Source: Candidatus Omnitrophota bacterium (lineage in GTDB: Bacteria; Omnitrophota; Gorgyraeia; DTHP01). From it: a stretch of 64,000 bases of DNA. Below the pieces are notes generated by a model, which ran no database searches, was not told the origin of the DNA, and saw only the letters and a list, made by a program, of their open reading frames with translations. This document shows positions 48,970 to 58,597 of this stretch, in pieces; the stretch's first letter is position 1, and every line of letters starts with the position of its first letter. The translations under genes and the position numbers were made by a program. The stretch spans positions 154,474 through 218,473 of the forward strand of contig JAMWCW010000001.1 in assembly GCA_023819145.1 (NCBI GenBank), given 5' to 3'.

Positions 48970-50922
48970 ATGAAAAGTTTTTTTCTTGCTTTAATTTTGG
49001 GTTTTTTGCTTTTTACGACGTTGGTGGAAGGTGCTTCTCGGGTAGTTCCCTTAGAATATCCTGATATAAGTGAGTTAGAAGATGATAAATTTTTAGACCT
49101 TGTTCAGAGAAAGGCATTTGAGTTTTTCTGGTATGAAGCAAATCCCGAAAATGGGTTAATCAAAGACCGCGCTAACAACTTTGGACCAGATGAATATAAG
49201 ATTTCTTCTATTGCCTCCGTAGGGTTTGGTCTGACCGCGCTGTGCATTGCCGAGAAAAGAGGTTGGCTTACTCACGAAGAGGCATACAACCGTGTGCTTA
49301 CTACCTTAAAGTTTTTCAAAGATAAAATGAAGCGCGAATTCGGCTTTTATTACCATTTTGTGCATATGGATAATGGTGAACCCTTGAGAAAGACAGAAGT
49401 TTCTTCCATTGATACCGCGCTCTTTCTCGCAGGAGCATTATTCTGCGGTGAGTTTTATAAAGGAACAGAGGTAGAGAAGTTAGCAGTTGAGCTCTATCGG
49501 GAAGTGGAATGGGATAAAATGTTAAATGGAGGGACTACCCTTTCGATGGGTTGGAAACCAGCGCACTTGCCCGATGCCGGATTTATTGTTGACCGCTGGA
49601 GTTATTATTCCGAAGCGATGATGCTCTATCTTTTTGCCATTGGTTCGCCGAACCATCCTATACCCAGTGAATATTGGTTTGAATGGATGCGTCCCATAAG
49701 AAAATATAAAGATTTTGTTACGGTATCTTTTCCTGCTTTGTTTGCGCATCAATATTCTCATCTCTGGATAGATTTTCGCAACAAAAACGATGGGATTTGC
49801 GACTATTTTCAGAATTCTGTAAATGCCACTTTAGCCAATCGTCAGTTTTGTATTGATAATATGAATAAGTATAAAACCTACGGCCCTGACTCATGGGGGT
49901 TAACCGCCTGTGACGGACCAGAAGGCTACAATGTCTACGGCGCTCCTCCTTCTATCTATTTACCCAAACATGACGGAACCATTGCTCCTACTGCAGCGGG
50001 TGGTTCGTTAATGTTTACTCCCCAGGAGTCCATTTCCTGTTTAAGAAATCTCTATACCCAACACAAAGAGAAAATTTGGGGAATCTATGGATTTTCCGAT
50101 GCCTTCAATTTAGACAAAAACTGGTTTGCTTCAGATGTAATCGGTATTGATTTAGGAGCGATTGTTTTAAGTATTGAGAATTACCGTTCGGGAATGGTTT
50201 GGGATTATTTTATGCGTAATGAATTTATAAAGAAGGCATTGGAGAAAGCGGGATTTAAAGAAGGGACAAAAAATTTGGTCTGGGAACTGCCTCAGGTGAA
50301 GGCGAAATTTACAGCCAAACCTCCCAAACTTGATGCCGATCTCAAAGAATGGAAAGAGGTTGATTATGTCGAACTCATTCCCCAGAAGCATCTGGAATAC
50401 CTTTATGTTACCGATACGAAAATTGACTTAAGAGGAAAATTTTATTTTATGTGGGATAAAGAAGCCTTGTATATTGCTGCAGAGGTGATAGATAATGAAA
50501 TTATTGGGAGGATGCGCGATAACTTAATTTATAAAGATGACTGTATTGAAATTTTTATCGACCCTAAAAATGATGGTTTTATTTTTAGAAATCCTGATGA
50601 TTTTCAATTCGGTTTTGCTCCCACAGGATTTGAAGGAAAGCCCATTAAGTGGGAATGGTTTCATCAGGACAAATTTCAGGATAAAATAGATTTCGCCATG
50701 AAAGAGCATAAATTAGAAGGGAGAAACGGCTACATCTTAGAAGCAAAAATTCTCTGGGAATTTCTCGGGATAGAACCAGAAAAAGGAGTTGTTTTTGGAA
50801 TATCGCCAGCTATTCATGATGTTGATGAATTGGATAACTCCCCTCAGGCAAAATTAAACTGGTTTTATATCTATCAGGTTAACGACCCAAGAATTATCTT
50901 GGGGCAAATACTGTTGGAATAG
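48970..50922 (+). CDS. Exported GH144-like (beta-1,2-glucanase/glucoamylase family) enzyme with CBM9-like domain
   Basis: NGLIKDRA, SIASVGFGL, GFYYHF, EVSSIDTA, LFAHQYSH, WGLTACDGP, GIDLG; C-terminal PKLDADL.EW, WD..LYI, DCIEIFID. Confidence 0.85.
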   Translation: MKSFFLALILGFLLFTTLVEGASRVVPLEYPDISELEDDKFLDLVQRKAFEFFWYEANPENGLIKDRANNFGPDEYKISSIASVGFGLTALCIAEKRGWLTHEEAYNRVLTTLKFFKDKMKREFGFYYHFVHMDNGEPLRKTEVSSIDTALFLAGALFCGEFYKGTEVEKLAVELYREVEWDKMLNGGTTLSMGWKPAHLPDAGFIVDRWSYYSEAMMLYLFAIGSPNHPIPSEYWFEWMRPIRKYKDFVTVSFPALFAHQYSHLWIDFRNKNDGICDYFQNSVNATLANRQFCIDNMNKYKTYGPDSWGLTACDGPEGYNVYGAPPSIYLPKHDGTIAPTAAGGSLMFTPQESISCLRNLYTQHKEKIWGIYGFSDAFNLDKNWFASDVIGIDLGAIVLSIENYRSGMVWDYFMRNEFIKKALEKAGFKEGTKNLVWELPQVKAKFTAKPPKLDADLKEWKEVDYVELIPQKHLEYLYVTDTKIDLRGKFYFMWDKEALYIAAEVIDNEIIGRMRDNLIYKDDCIEIFIDPKNDGFIFRNPDDFQFGFAPTGFEGKPIKWEWFHQDKFQDKIDFAMKEHKLEGRNGYILEAKILWEFLGIEPEKGVVFGISPAIHDVDELDNSPQAKLNWFYIYQVNDPRIILGQILLE

Positions 50923-50985
50923 AAAACTAAAAGTTTGTTATCTGGTGATGTTTGTTTTGCGCGTAACGAGATTAACCCCACTTTT

Positions 50986-51013
50986 GAATTTAGAGTTTCG
51001 AGTTTAGAGTTTA
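50986..51013 (+). repeat. 4 x 7-nt intergenic repeat
   Basis: gaattta gagtttc gagttta gagttta. Confidence 0.65.
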
Positions 51014-51020
51014 AAAAGTA

Positions 51021-51779
51021 ATGTCCCAAAACGATTTCTTAAAGCCCGTTTACATTGATGCTTTTGATTTAGACGACGCCTGGTTTCAATGCCTCTCCCA
51101 GATTTTAGAGCAGGGTTATATCTACACGATTACTCGAGGAAGTTACCAAGGACAGCGAAGATTAGAATTTGATTTTGTTACAGTTAGGGTGCGCAAGCCC
51201 GAGCACCAGATTATTCCCCTTATGCCTGAAGGTTGTGGAATTCCTGCTCCTACCAGTATGGAATATATCCAGAGTTATCTGAGTTATTTACTTACCGGTG
51301 CCAAGACCTCAACCGAGGATTATACCTATGGAGAACGTCTGGTTGAACCAAAGGTAAGAACTGAAGAAACGGTTAATGGCAAGAGAATGGTCAAGGAGAT
51401 GCCTTTAAATTGTAATCAGATAGAAGAGGTTATCAATATCTATAAAACCCAAGGAGAAGGCACGAATCAGGCGATTATGGAAATTGGAATGCCTTCAGAT
51501 ATAAAACTCCTCGACCCACCTTGTTTACGGCTCATTGATACCCGCCTGCGTTATGGAAAGTTGCATTTTATGCTCTACTTTCGTTCTTGGGATCTCTGGG
51601 GAGGATTTCCTTCTAATCTGGGCGGTTTGGAACTGGTTAAGCAATATATGGCGCAGGAAATCGGGGTAGAGAACGGAGAGATTATTGCCTGTTCCAAAGG
51701 GCTTCATCTCTATGAATATGCTTGGGAATGCGCGAAAATTCGTACCAAAAAAATAGACCTCAAAATAGGCGGAAAATGA
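51021..51779 (+). CDS. thyA: Thymidylate synthase (divergent, archaeal-type ThyA)
   Basis: YTYGERL, DPPCL, FRSWD.WGGFPSN, GLHLYE. Confidence 0.8.
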   Translation: MSQNDFLKPVYIDAFDLDDAWFQCLSQILEQGYIYTITRGSYQGQRRLEFDFVTVRVRKPEHQIIPLMPEGCGIPAPTSMEYIQSYLSYLLTGAKTSTEDYTYGERLVEPKVRTEETVNGKRMVKEMPLNCNQIEEVINIYKTQGEGTNQAIMEIGMPSDIKLLDPPCLRLIDTRLRYGKLHFMLYFRSWDLWGGFPSNLGGLELVKQYMAQEIGVENGEIIACSKGLHLYEYAWECAKIRTKKIDLKIGGK

Positions 51780-53038
51780 GAAGAGTAAAAGCATTAATTT
51801 TAGGAGGAGGACAAGGGAAAAGACTTTTTCCCCTAACCCGTGACCGTTCAAAGCCCGCAGTTCCCATTGCTGGTAAATATCGGCTTATTGACATTTCCTT
51901 AAGTAACTGTATCAACTCCAATATCCGCAATATCTTTGTGCTTACCCAGTTCAATTCCGCTTCCTTAAATCACCATATTAATCACACCTACCGCTTTGAC
52001 TATTTTACCCAGACCTTTGTCGAGATTCTTGCTGCTGAACAGACCATCCAAAATAGAGAATGGTTTCAGGGGACTGCCGATGCTGTAAAAAAGAATATAA
52101 ACCATCTCAATCTGGAAGACAATGATGATGTGCTCATTCTTTCCGGTGACCATCTCTACAAGATGGATTATCACGAGATAATCGCCTTTCACCGTGAGAA
52201 AAACGCTGACTTTACCGTTTCCACAGTAATTATTCCTGCCCATATCATAGAGGAGTTTGGAATTATTAAACTTGATAAGCAGATGCGCTTAAGCGAGTTC
52301 AAAGAGAAACCTTCGCGCAAAGAAATGCCCAAGAGTATGAGTCTCTGCGGAGAATGGAAAGAAAAGTTTAACTTAGATAAAGATAAGGATTTTTATCTTG
52401 CCTCTATGGGAGTTTATGTTTTTAAAGCAGACGTTTTAAAAAAGATTCTTGCCTATACAAGCGCCGTGGATTTTGGTATGCAGGTTATACCCGAAGCGAT
52501 AAAAAGATATAAGGCATACGGTTTTATTTTTGACGGTTACTGGCGAGACATCGGAACGATAAAGTCATTTTATGAAGAAAACATCGCCCTTACTGAAGTA
52601 AATCCCAAATTTGATTTCTTCTCTGAAGAAAGAAAAGTTTTTACCCATCCCCGTTTTCTTCCGCCGGCAAAAATTATAGACTCTCAAATTGTAAATTCTC
52701 TCATTACCGAAGGCTGTTTAATCCAGGGAGCACACATTGAGAAATCAGTTATCGGACTGCGTAGCGTAATCAATAAGAAAGTAACGCTTAAAGAATCGAT
52801 TGTAATGGGTGCAGATTATTATGAAAGAGAGAGTAGCCGGGGAATTATTCCCTTGGGTATCGGAGAGGGTTCGGTTTTAGAGAGGGTTATCGTGGATAAA
52901 AATGCCCGCATTGGTAAAAGAGTAGTTATCAAGAACCTCGAAGGCATAAAACATTTTGATAGTGAAAACTACTATATTCGCGATGGCATCGTGATTATTC
53001 CCAAAAATGCGTTAATCCCTGACTCTACCCAGATATGA
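51776..53038 (+). CDS. glgC: Glucose-1-phosphate adenylyltransferase
   Basis: LGGGQGKRLFPLT..RSKPAVP, TQFNSASL, WFQGTADAV, SGDHLY.MDY, FKEKP, YW.DIGT. Confidence 0.97.
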   Translation: MRRVKALILGGGQGKRLFPLTRDRSKPAVPIAGKYRLIDISLSNCINSNIRNIFVLTQFNSASLNHHINHTYRFDYFTQTFVEILAAEQTIQNREWFQGTADAVKKNINHLNLEDNDDVLILSGDHLYKMDYHEIIAFHREKNADFTVSTVIIPAHIIEEFGIIKLDKQMRLSEFKEKPSRKEMPKSMSLCGEWKEKFNLDKDKDFYLASMGVYVFKADVLKKILAYTSAVDFGMQVIPEAIKRYKAYGFIFDGYWRDIGTIKSFYEENIALTEVNPKFDFFSEERKVFTHPRFLPPAKIIDSQIVNSLITEGCLIQGAHIEKSVIGLRSVINKKVTLKESIVMGADYYERESSRGIIPLGIGEGSVLERVIVDKNARIGKRVVIKNLEGIKHFDSENYYIRDGIVIIPKNALIPDSTQI

Positions 53039-53970
53039 AAATAGTGATTGTCGGTCCGGGTGCCATAGGTTGTCTATTTGGTGCTTTCTTCTTAAAGGCA
53101 GGTGAAGAGGTTTGCTTTCTGGATAAGGATAAAAAGAGAACAGCGGTTTTTGCAAAGAAGGGTATTCGGGTTGAGGGTTTAAGCAATTTTAGAATAAATA
53201 AGATAAAGGTAACACATATCCCCAAAATTGTTAAAGAGGCAGATTTGGTGCTCATTGCTACCAAAGCTTACGCTACCGAATTCGCCATAAGAAATATTTA
53301 TTACTTTCTCTCTCCCCAAACTTTCGTGCTTACTTTACAGAATGGTTTGGGTAATGTGGAGACAATTTCCCAATATGTTCCCTGCCCGCAAATTCTCGCC
53401 GGCGTTACCGCCCAAGGAGCAACTTTTATGGATATCGGACATATTCGCCATGCGGGAAAAGGAGAAACAATCATCGGTCCGATAGTAAAGAGCAAGTATC
53501 AAAAAGTAAAATTAGAGCAGATTGTAGATGCTTTCCATAAGGCAGGTTTTAAAACCAAATTGACCACAAATGTTGAAAGCCTTCTCTGGTCAAAGTTAAT
53601 CATCAATTCCGCAATCAATCCCTTAACGGCGATTACCAAATTGCCCAATGGAAGGCTTTTAGATTTTCCTTTTACCCGCCAGATAATGCAAGAGGTTGTT
53701 GGTGAGGCTTATCGCATTGTGAAAAAAAAGAAAATCCGTTTATTTTACAGCCAACCGTTTAAAGAAGTAGAGGAGGTGTGTAAAAAGACTTACTCAAACA
53801 TCTCCTCGATGCTTCAAGATGTTTTGCATCAGAGGAGAACAGAGATTGATTTTATCAACGGTGTGCTGGTGCGGGAAGGAAGAAGACTAAACATTCCCAC
53901 CCCCGTTAATAGCGTGCTTTTTGCTTTAATAAAAACCCTTGAATCAAGTTATAATTTAAAGGTTAATTGA
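53035..53970 (+). CDS. panE: 2-dehydropantoate 2-reductase
   Basis: GPGAIG, TLQNGLG, WSKLIIN..INP, SSMLQD, TEIDFING. Confidence 0.93.
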   Translation: MKIVIVGPGAIGCLFGAFFLKAGEEVCFLDKDKKRTAVFAKKGIRVEGLSNFRINKIKVTHIPKIVKEADLVLIATKAYATEFAIRNIYYFLSPQTFVLTLQNGLGNVETISQYVPCPQILAGVTAQGATFMDIGHIRHAGKGETIIGPIVKSKYQKVKLEQIVDAFHKAGFKTKLTTNVESLLWSKLIINSAINPLTAITKLPNGRLLDFPFTRQIMQEVVGEAYRIVKKKKIRLFYSQPFKEVEEVCKKTYSNISSMLQDVLHQRRTEIDFINGVLVREGRRLNIPTPVNSVLFALIKTLESSYNLKVN

Positions 53971-55091
53971 TGGCTAAAGATAAAAGAAATGTAAAACGCT
54001 TATTTATTGCTGCTACCATGCAGAACGATGGTAAGACGACCATTGCCTTGGGACTTATTTCTGCTTTAAGAAGGAGATTCAAGAAGATTGGGTTTATTAA
54101 ACCCGTAGGTCAGCGCTACCTTTTAGAAGATGGATATAAAGTGGATGAAGATTCGGTGCTTATGGAGAAAGTGTTTGGCTATCGCTGTTGTATCAAAGAT
54201 ATGAATCCTATTGCGGTAGAACGGGGTTTTACTGAGCGCTACATTTTACGTGGGAAAAAAGAGAGTTTAGAGAAAAGAATTTTTAGAGCTTTTGAAAAAT
54301 TATCCCAAGATCAAGATAATGACTTAATAATCATTGAGGGCACAGGCCACGCCGGGGTGGGTTCTTGTTTTGACCTTTCCAATGCTCGGGTGGCGAAGAT
54401 GTTGGAAGCGCCGGTCATTCTCATTTCTTCTGGCGGTGTGGGTAAGCCCATTGATGAAATTCTCTTGAATAACGCCCTTTTTGAACGCGAGGGAATTGAA
54501 ATTCTGGGAGTGGTAATAAACAAGGTTCTGCGCGAAAAATATAAAAAGGTGCGCCGTTTAGTCAGTCTGGGATTGCGAAAGAAAGGAATTGAACTTTTGG
54601 GAGTTGTTCCCTACAACAAAATGCTTACCGCTCCCACAGTGCGCCAGATTGCTGAAGAACTGCGCCTAAAATTCTTAAATTCCTCGGGCAATCTGGACAA
54701 TTTGGTCAAAAAGATTGTGGTGGGAGCAATGGAACCCCATGAGGCGTTAAATTACTTTGAGGATGGTTCTTTGATTATTACTCCCGGTGACCGTGAAGAC
54801 ATTATCCTCTCGGCGATGAGTTTTCATCTTACTGGTAGAGAGCGGGGAAAGGTCATTTCTGGAGTGCTTCTTACGGGAAACCTTATGCCCCATCGGAGAA
54901 TCTTGAGACTTCTGCGTCTGGCAAAGATTCCTCTGTTGATTTCTCCTGAAGATACCTATGCGGTTGCCTCTCGGATTCACGACCTAACCGTAAAGTTAAG
55001 ACCTGAAGATAAAGAAAAGATTAAACAGGTAAGAAATCTTATTGAGCGGTATATAGACATTGATAAAATCTTTGCTTTTCTCAAAGAGTAA
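53970..55091 (+). CDS. Stand-alone BioD-like (AAA_26) + DRTGG protein (Pta N-terminal-like)
   Basis: NDGKTT, FIKPVG, IIEGTGH, VVGAM, TPGDRED, LLTG. Confidence 0.85.
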   Translation: MAKDKRNVKRLFIAATMQNDGKTTIALGLISALRRRFKKIGFIKPVGQRYLLEDGYKVDEDSVLMEKVFGYRCCIKDMNPIAVERGFTERYILRGKKESLEKRIFRAFEKLSQDQDNDLIIIEGTGHAGVGSCFDLSNARVAKMLEAPVILISSGGVGKPIDEILLNNALFEREGIEILGVVINKVLREKYKKVRRLVSLGLRKKGIELLGVVPYNKMLTAPTVRQIAEELRLKFLNSSGNLDNLVKKIVVGAMEPHEALNYFEDGSLIITPGDREDIILSAMSFHLTGRERGKVISGVLLTGNLMPHRRILRLLRLAKIPLLISPEDTYAVASRIHDLTVKLRPEDKEKIKQVRNLIERYIDIDKIFAFLKE

Positions 55092-55100
55092 CGTTTCCTT

Positions 55101-55733
55101 ATGCCTAAACACACTATTCCTCAAACGACCATCTATAGACTTTCTTTATACTTGCGCGCCTTAGAGCGTCTGGAAAAAGAAGGAAAAGAATACATTTCCT
55201 CTTTTGTCTTAAGTGTTAAGACGGGGATAAGTTCCCATCAGATAAGGCGCGATCTAAGTTATTTTGGTAAATTTGGTAAAAGTAGATTGGGTTATCGCAC
55301 CAATATCCTTGTAAAGAATATTCGTAAGATTTTAGGCATTGATACCCATCGCTGGAAAGTGGCTTTAATCGGAGCAGGGAATTTGGGTAGAGCCCTTTTT
55401 TCTTACCGCGGTTTTCGTGAACGGGGATTTTTCATCAAAGCGGTTTTTGATGCCGACCCGAGGAAAATTGGAAAGAAGCTTAACGGGATAAAGATTGAGA
55501 ATATCAAGAATTTAATCAACTCTGCTAAAGAAGAGAAATTTGATATCGCGATACTCGCTGTGCCTGCTGATTACGCTCAGGAGACCGCCGAAAAAGCGGT
55601 AAAGGCAGGGATAAAAGCAATTCTCAATTTTGCTCCGGTAAGGATAAATCTCTCCTCGGCGATTATCTTGAGAAATGTAGATTTGTCGATGGAACTGGAG
55701 AACCTCTCTTTTCATCTCAGTAAATTGAAATGA
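55101..55733 (+). CDS. rex: Redox-sensing transcriptional repressor Rex
   Basis: TIYRLSLYLR, QIRRDLSYFG.FG...GY, GAGNLG.AL, ILNFAP. Confidence 0.96.
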   Translation: MPKHTIPQTTIYRLSLYLRALERLEKEGKEYISSFVLSVKTGISSHQIRRDLSYFGKFGKSRLGYRTNILVKNIRKILGIDTHRWKVALIGAGNLGRALFSYRGFRERGFFIKAVFDADPRKIGKKLNGIKIENIKNLINSAKEEKFDIAILAVPADYAQETAEKAVKAGIKAILNFAPVRINLSSAIILRNVDLSMELENLSFHLSKLK

Positions 55734-56725
55734 GCATACTTTTTTTTCTTATTTCTCTTTTTCTCTCTGGGTGTTCTCCCCAAAAAGAGGTTTTTAAGAG
55801 AGAGGAGATGGTTTTAGGAACTTTTGGCGAAATTACCTGTTTTGGTGAAAAAGATTCCTGTAAAAAGGGGATAGATAAAGCCTTCAGAGAGATAAAAAAT
55901 TTAGAAGAGATCCTTTCCTTTTTTAAAGCCGAATCCGATATCAGTTTCCTCAATAATGCCCAAGGCAAGCCGGTAGGCGTAAAGAAAGAAACACTTGAGG
56001 TGCTTAAAAAAGCCAAGGAAATCTCTCAAAAAACCCAAGGTGCCTTTGAGGTTACGGTTGCTCCTTTATTGGCAATCTGGGGATTCTATCAAAAAGAGAA
56101 AGAGAGTTTTTCTCCACCGTCTGGGGAATTAATTAAAGAAACACTTGCTCTTGTGGGGCAAGATAAAATTATCTTGGCAGAGGATACAGGAAGTGTTATT
56201 TTAAAAAATCCCTCAATGAAGATTGATTTGGGTGGACTTGCCAAGGGATACATTGTGGATAGAGCAGTTGCCGTTTTAAAAAAAGAGGAAATAAAAAATG
56301 CCTTGGTCAATTTGGGAGGAGATATTTTCTGTCTCAGTGAAGGAAGAACAGCTAAAGTATGGAAAATCGGCATCCAAGACCCTCAAGCAAAAGAGAAACT
56401 TATCGCCACCTTAAAAGTAAGAAATAAAGCCATTGCCACCTCTGGCCAGTATGAGAATTTCCGCGAATTTAAGGGAAAGAAACTCGGCCACATTATTGAC
56501 CCACGTACTGGATATCCCGTAGAAAACGATGTTTTAAGTGTGACCGTTGTTGCTTCTGACTGCCTTACTGCTGATGCTTTAGCCACGGCTATTTTTGTTT
56601 TAGGAAAAGAACAGGGAAGCGCACTTTTAAAAACCTTTTCCGCGGAAGCAGTGATTATTAGTAAGAGTCCAAAAGGAAAGCGCCTTTGGATAAGTGGGGG
56701 ATTAAAAAATAAAGTTTCCTATTAA
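55730..56725 (+). CDS. apbE: FAD:protein FMN transferase (lipoprotein)
   Basis: Lipobox LSGC, DLGGLAKGY, NLGGD, ATSG.YE, HIIDPRTG, ADALATA. Confidence 0.93.
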   Translation: MSILFFLISLFLSGCSPQKEVFKREEMVLGTFGEITCFGEKDSCKKGIDKAFREIKNLEEILSFFKAESDISFLNNAQGKPVGVKKETLEVLKKAKEISQKTQGAFEVTVAPLLAIWGFYQKEKESFSPPSGELIKETLALVGQDKIILAEDTGSVILKNPSMKIDLGGLAKGYIVDRAVAVLKKEEIKNALVNLGGDIFCLSEGRTAKVWKIGIQDPQAKEKLIATLKVRNKAIATSGQYENFREFKGKKLGHIIDPRTGYPVENDVLSVTVVASDCLTADALATAIFVLGKEQGSALLKTFSAEAVIISKSPKGKRLWISGGLKNKVSY

Positions 56726-56753
56726 AAAAAGATAATTTCTTGGTGCTTTCTAC

Positions 56754-56782
56754 TTGACAGAAATTCTTTTTAAAATTATAAT
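56754..56782 (+). promoter_or_regulatory. Consensus sigma70 promoter of pilB-pilC
   Basis: TTGACA-17nt-TATAAT. Confidence 0.75.
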
Positions 56783-56842
56783 AATCACATAAATATAAAT
56801 AAGACAGTTAGTTTCTAAATAACACAGTTAACCATTTTCGCG

Positions 56843-58558
56843 ATGGAAAAGAAATTATTAGGAGAGATTCTTTTAGAAAAAGGTTTCCTTAGTCGTGAAC
56901 AGCTTCAAACTGCCCTTGAGGAACAGAAGAAAAGCGGGGCGCGTTTAGGCCAGATTCTTCTTAAATCTGGTTTTATTACCGAGAAACAACTTGCCATTTC
57001 CCTTGCCCAACAACTCAATCTTCCCCTCGTTGATTTAGATAATGAAAAGATAGATAAGGAAGCAATTTCGGCAGTAAAAGAAGATTTCTGCCTTAAATAT
57101 AAACTCATTCCCTTAAAACTTGAAAACGGCGTGTTAAAAATTGTGATGGCTGACCCCTTTGACATCAATGCCATTGACGAGTTGGCAAAGCAGACCGGCT
57201 ATCGCATTGAGACTCTTGTCAGTTATGAGCGTCAGATTATCCAGGCCATTGATAAATACTATGGCCATTACAGCCCTGTGGATAAGATTATTAGCGATTT
57301 AGAACAGAAAGCCGAGTTTAAGGCAGAAGAAGTGGAACTGGAGGAGGAGAAAAAGGATGTTACCGCCATTGAAGAGGCTGCTCAACAGGCACCCATTGTT
57401 AATTTAGTAAATACTGTGCTTGCCACGGGCATAAAACTCCACTCTTCCGACATTCATATTGAACCCCACGAAAAGCATGTGCGCGTGCGTTACCGCGTCG
57501 ATGGGGTTCTCCAGGAAGGGGCAAAGCTTCCCAAAGAGACCGAACTTCCCGTAGTTTCGCGGATTAAGATTATGTCCAAATTAGACATTGCCGAGAGAAG
57601 GATTCCTCAAGATGGAAGAATCAAGGTGAGAATTGGGAGTGATGAAGTGGATATGCGTGTGGCAACGCTTCCTACTTTACACGGTGAAAAAGTAGTGATG
57701 CGCATTATTGATACAAGCCGTGTCTATGTTGATTTAACCAAACTCGGCTTTCAGCCCGAGACTTGGGAAAAGTATGAGAAACTTATTTCCCGTCCCCACG
57801 GGATAATTCTCGTTACTGGTCCTACTGGTTGTGGTAAAACTTCTACCCTCTATGCTTCCTTAAACAAAATTAACTCCATTGAGAAAAACATTATTACCAT
57901 TGAAGACCCTATTGAATTTCCCCTTCCCGGGGTAAATCAGGTGCAGATTAATCCCAAAGCCGGGCTTACCTTTGCTTCTGGTTTGCGCGCCTTCTTAAGA
58001 CAAGACCCAAACATCATTATGGTGGGTGAGATTCGCGATAAAGAGACCGCTGAGATTGCGGTTCACGCCGCTCTTACCGGGCATCTGGTTTTCTCTACCT
58101 TACACACCAACGACGCTCCCGGTGCCTTAACCCGCTTAATTGATATGGGCGTTGAGCCGTTTTTGGTTTCTTCCTCGGTAATTGGCGTTTTGGCACAACG
58201 CTTGGTGCGGATGATTTGTCCCGATTGCAAAGAAGAGTACAAACCTCCTGCTTCTTTATTTGAACAGTTGGGGATTAAGAAAGAGGGAGATTTAAAATTC
58301 TTTCGGGGAAAAGGTTGTCTCAGTTGTCGCCAGACCGGTTATTTGGGACGAACCGGCATTTTTGAACTTTTGTTGATGCATGAAGAAATTGCCGAACTGG
58401 TCGTGGCTAAAGCCACCAGTCGCGATATTCGCCGTGTGGCTATCAAACAAGGAATGGAAACCTTACGCGATGATGGTATAAGGAAAGCCATTTCCGGCAT
58501 TACCACTTTAGAGGAAGTTTTGCGCGTTACTCAGGAGGAAGAAGTGGTGATTGGGTAA
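56843..58558 (+). CDS. pilB: Type IV pilus/T2SS assembly ATPase (PilB/GspE) with MshEN-like N-terminus
   Basis: LLGEILL/RLGQIL, SDIHIEP, RYRVDG, GPTGCGKT, LRQDP, STLHTND, CxxC...CxxC. Confidence 0.9.
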   Translation: MEKKLLGEILLEKGFLSREQLQTALEEQKKSGARLGQILLKSGFITEKQLAISLAQQLNLPLVDLDNEKIDKEAISAVKEDFCLKYKLIPLKLENGVLKIVMADPFDINAIDELAKQTGYRIETLVSYERQIIQAIDKYYGHYSPVDKIISDLEQKAEFKAEEVELEEEKKDVTAIEEAAQQAPIVNLVNTVLATGIKLHSSDIHIEPHEKHVRVRYRVDGVLQEGAKLPKETELPVVSRIKIMSKLDIAERRIPQDGRIKVRIGSDEVDMRVATLPTLHGEKVVMRIIDTSRVYVDLTKLGFQPETWEKYEKLISRPHGIILVTGPTGCGKTSTLYASLNKINSIEKNIITIEDPIEFPLPGVNQVQINPKAGLTFASGLRAFLRQDPNIIMVGEIRDKETAEIAVHAALTGHLVFSTLHTNDAPGALTRLIDMGVEPFLVSSSVIGVLAQRLVRMICPDCKEEYKPPASLFEQLGIKKEGDLKFFRGKGCLSCRQTGYLGRTGIFELLLMHEEIAELVVAKATSRDIRRVAIKQGMETLRDDGIRKAISGITTLEEVLRVTQEEEVVIG

Positions 58559-58597
58559 GATTAGTTAAATGGTTAAATAGGTAATGAGATAAAGGGA

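Noticed and set aside
50923-50985. Possible gene remnant (KSLLSGDVCFAR, CapA-like GD motif)
   Set aside because: Too short, with no start codon or RBS; cannot be distinguished from chance.
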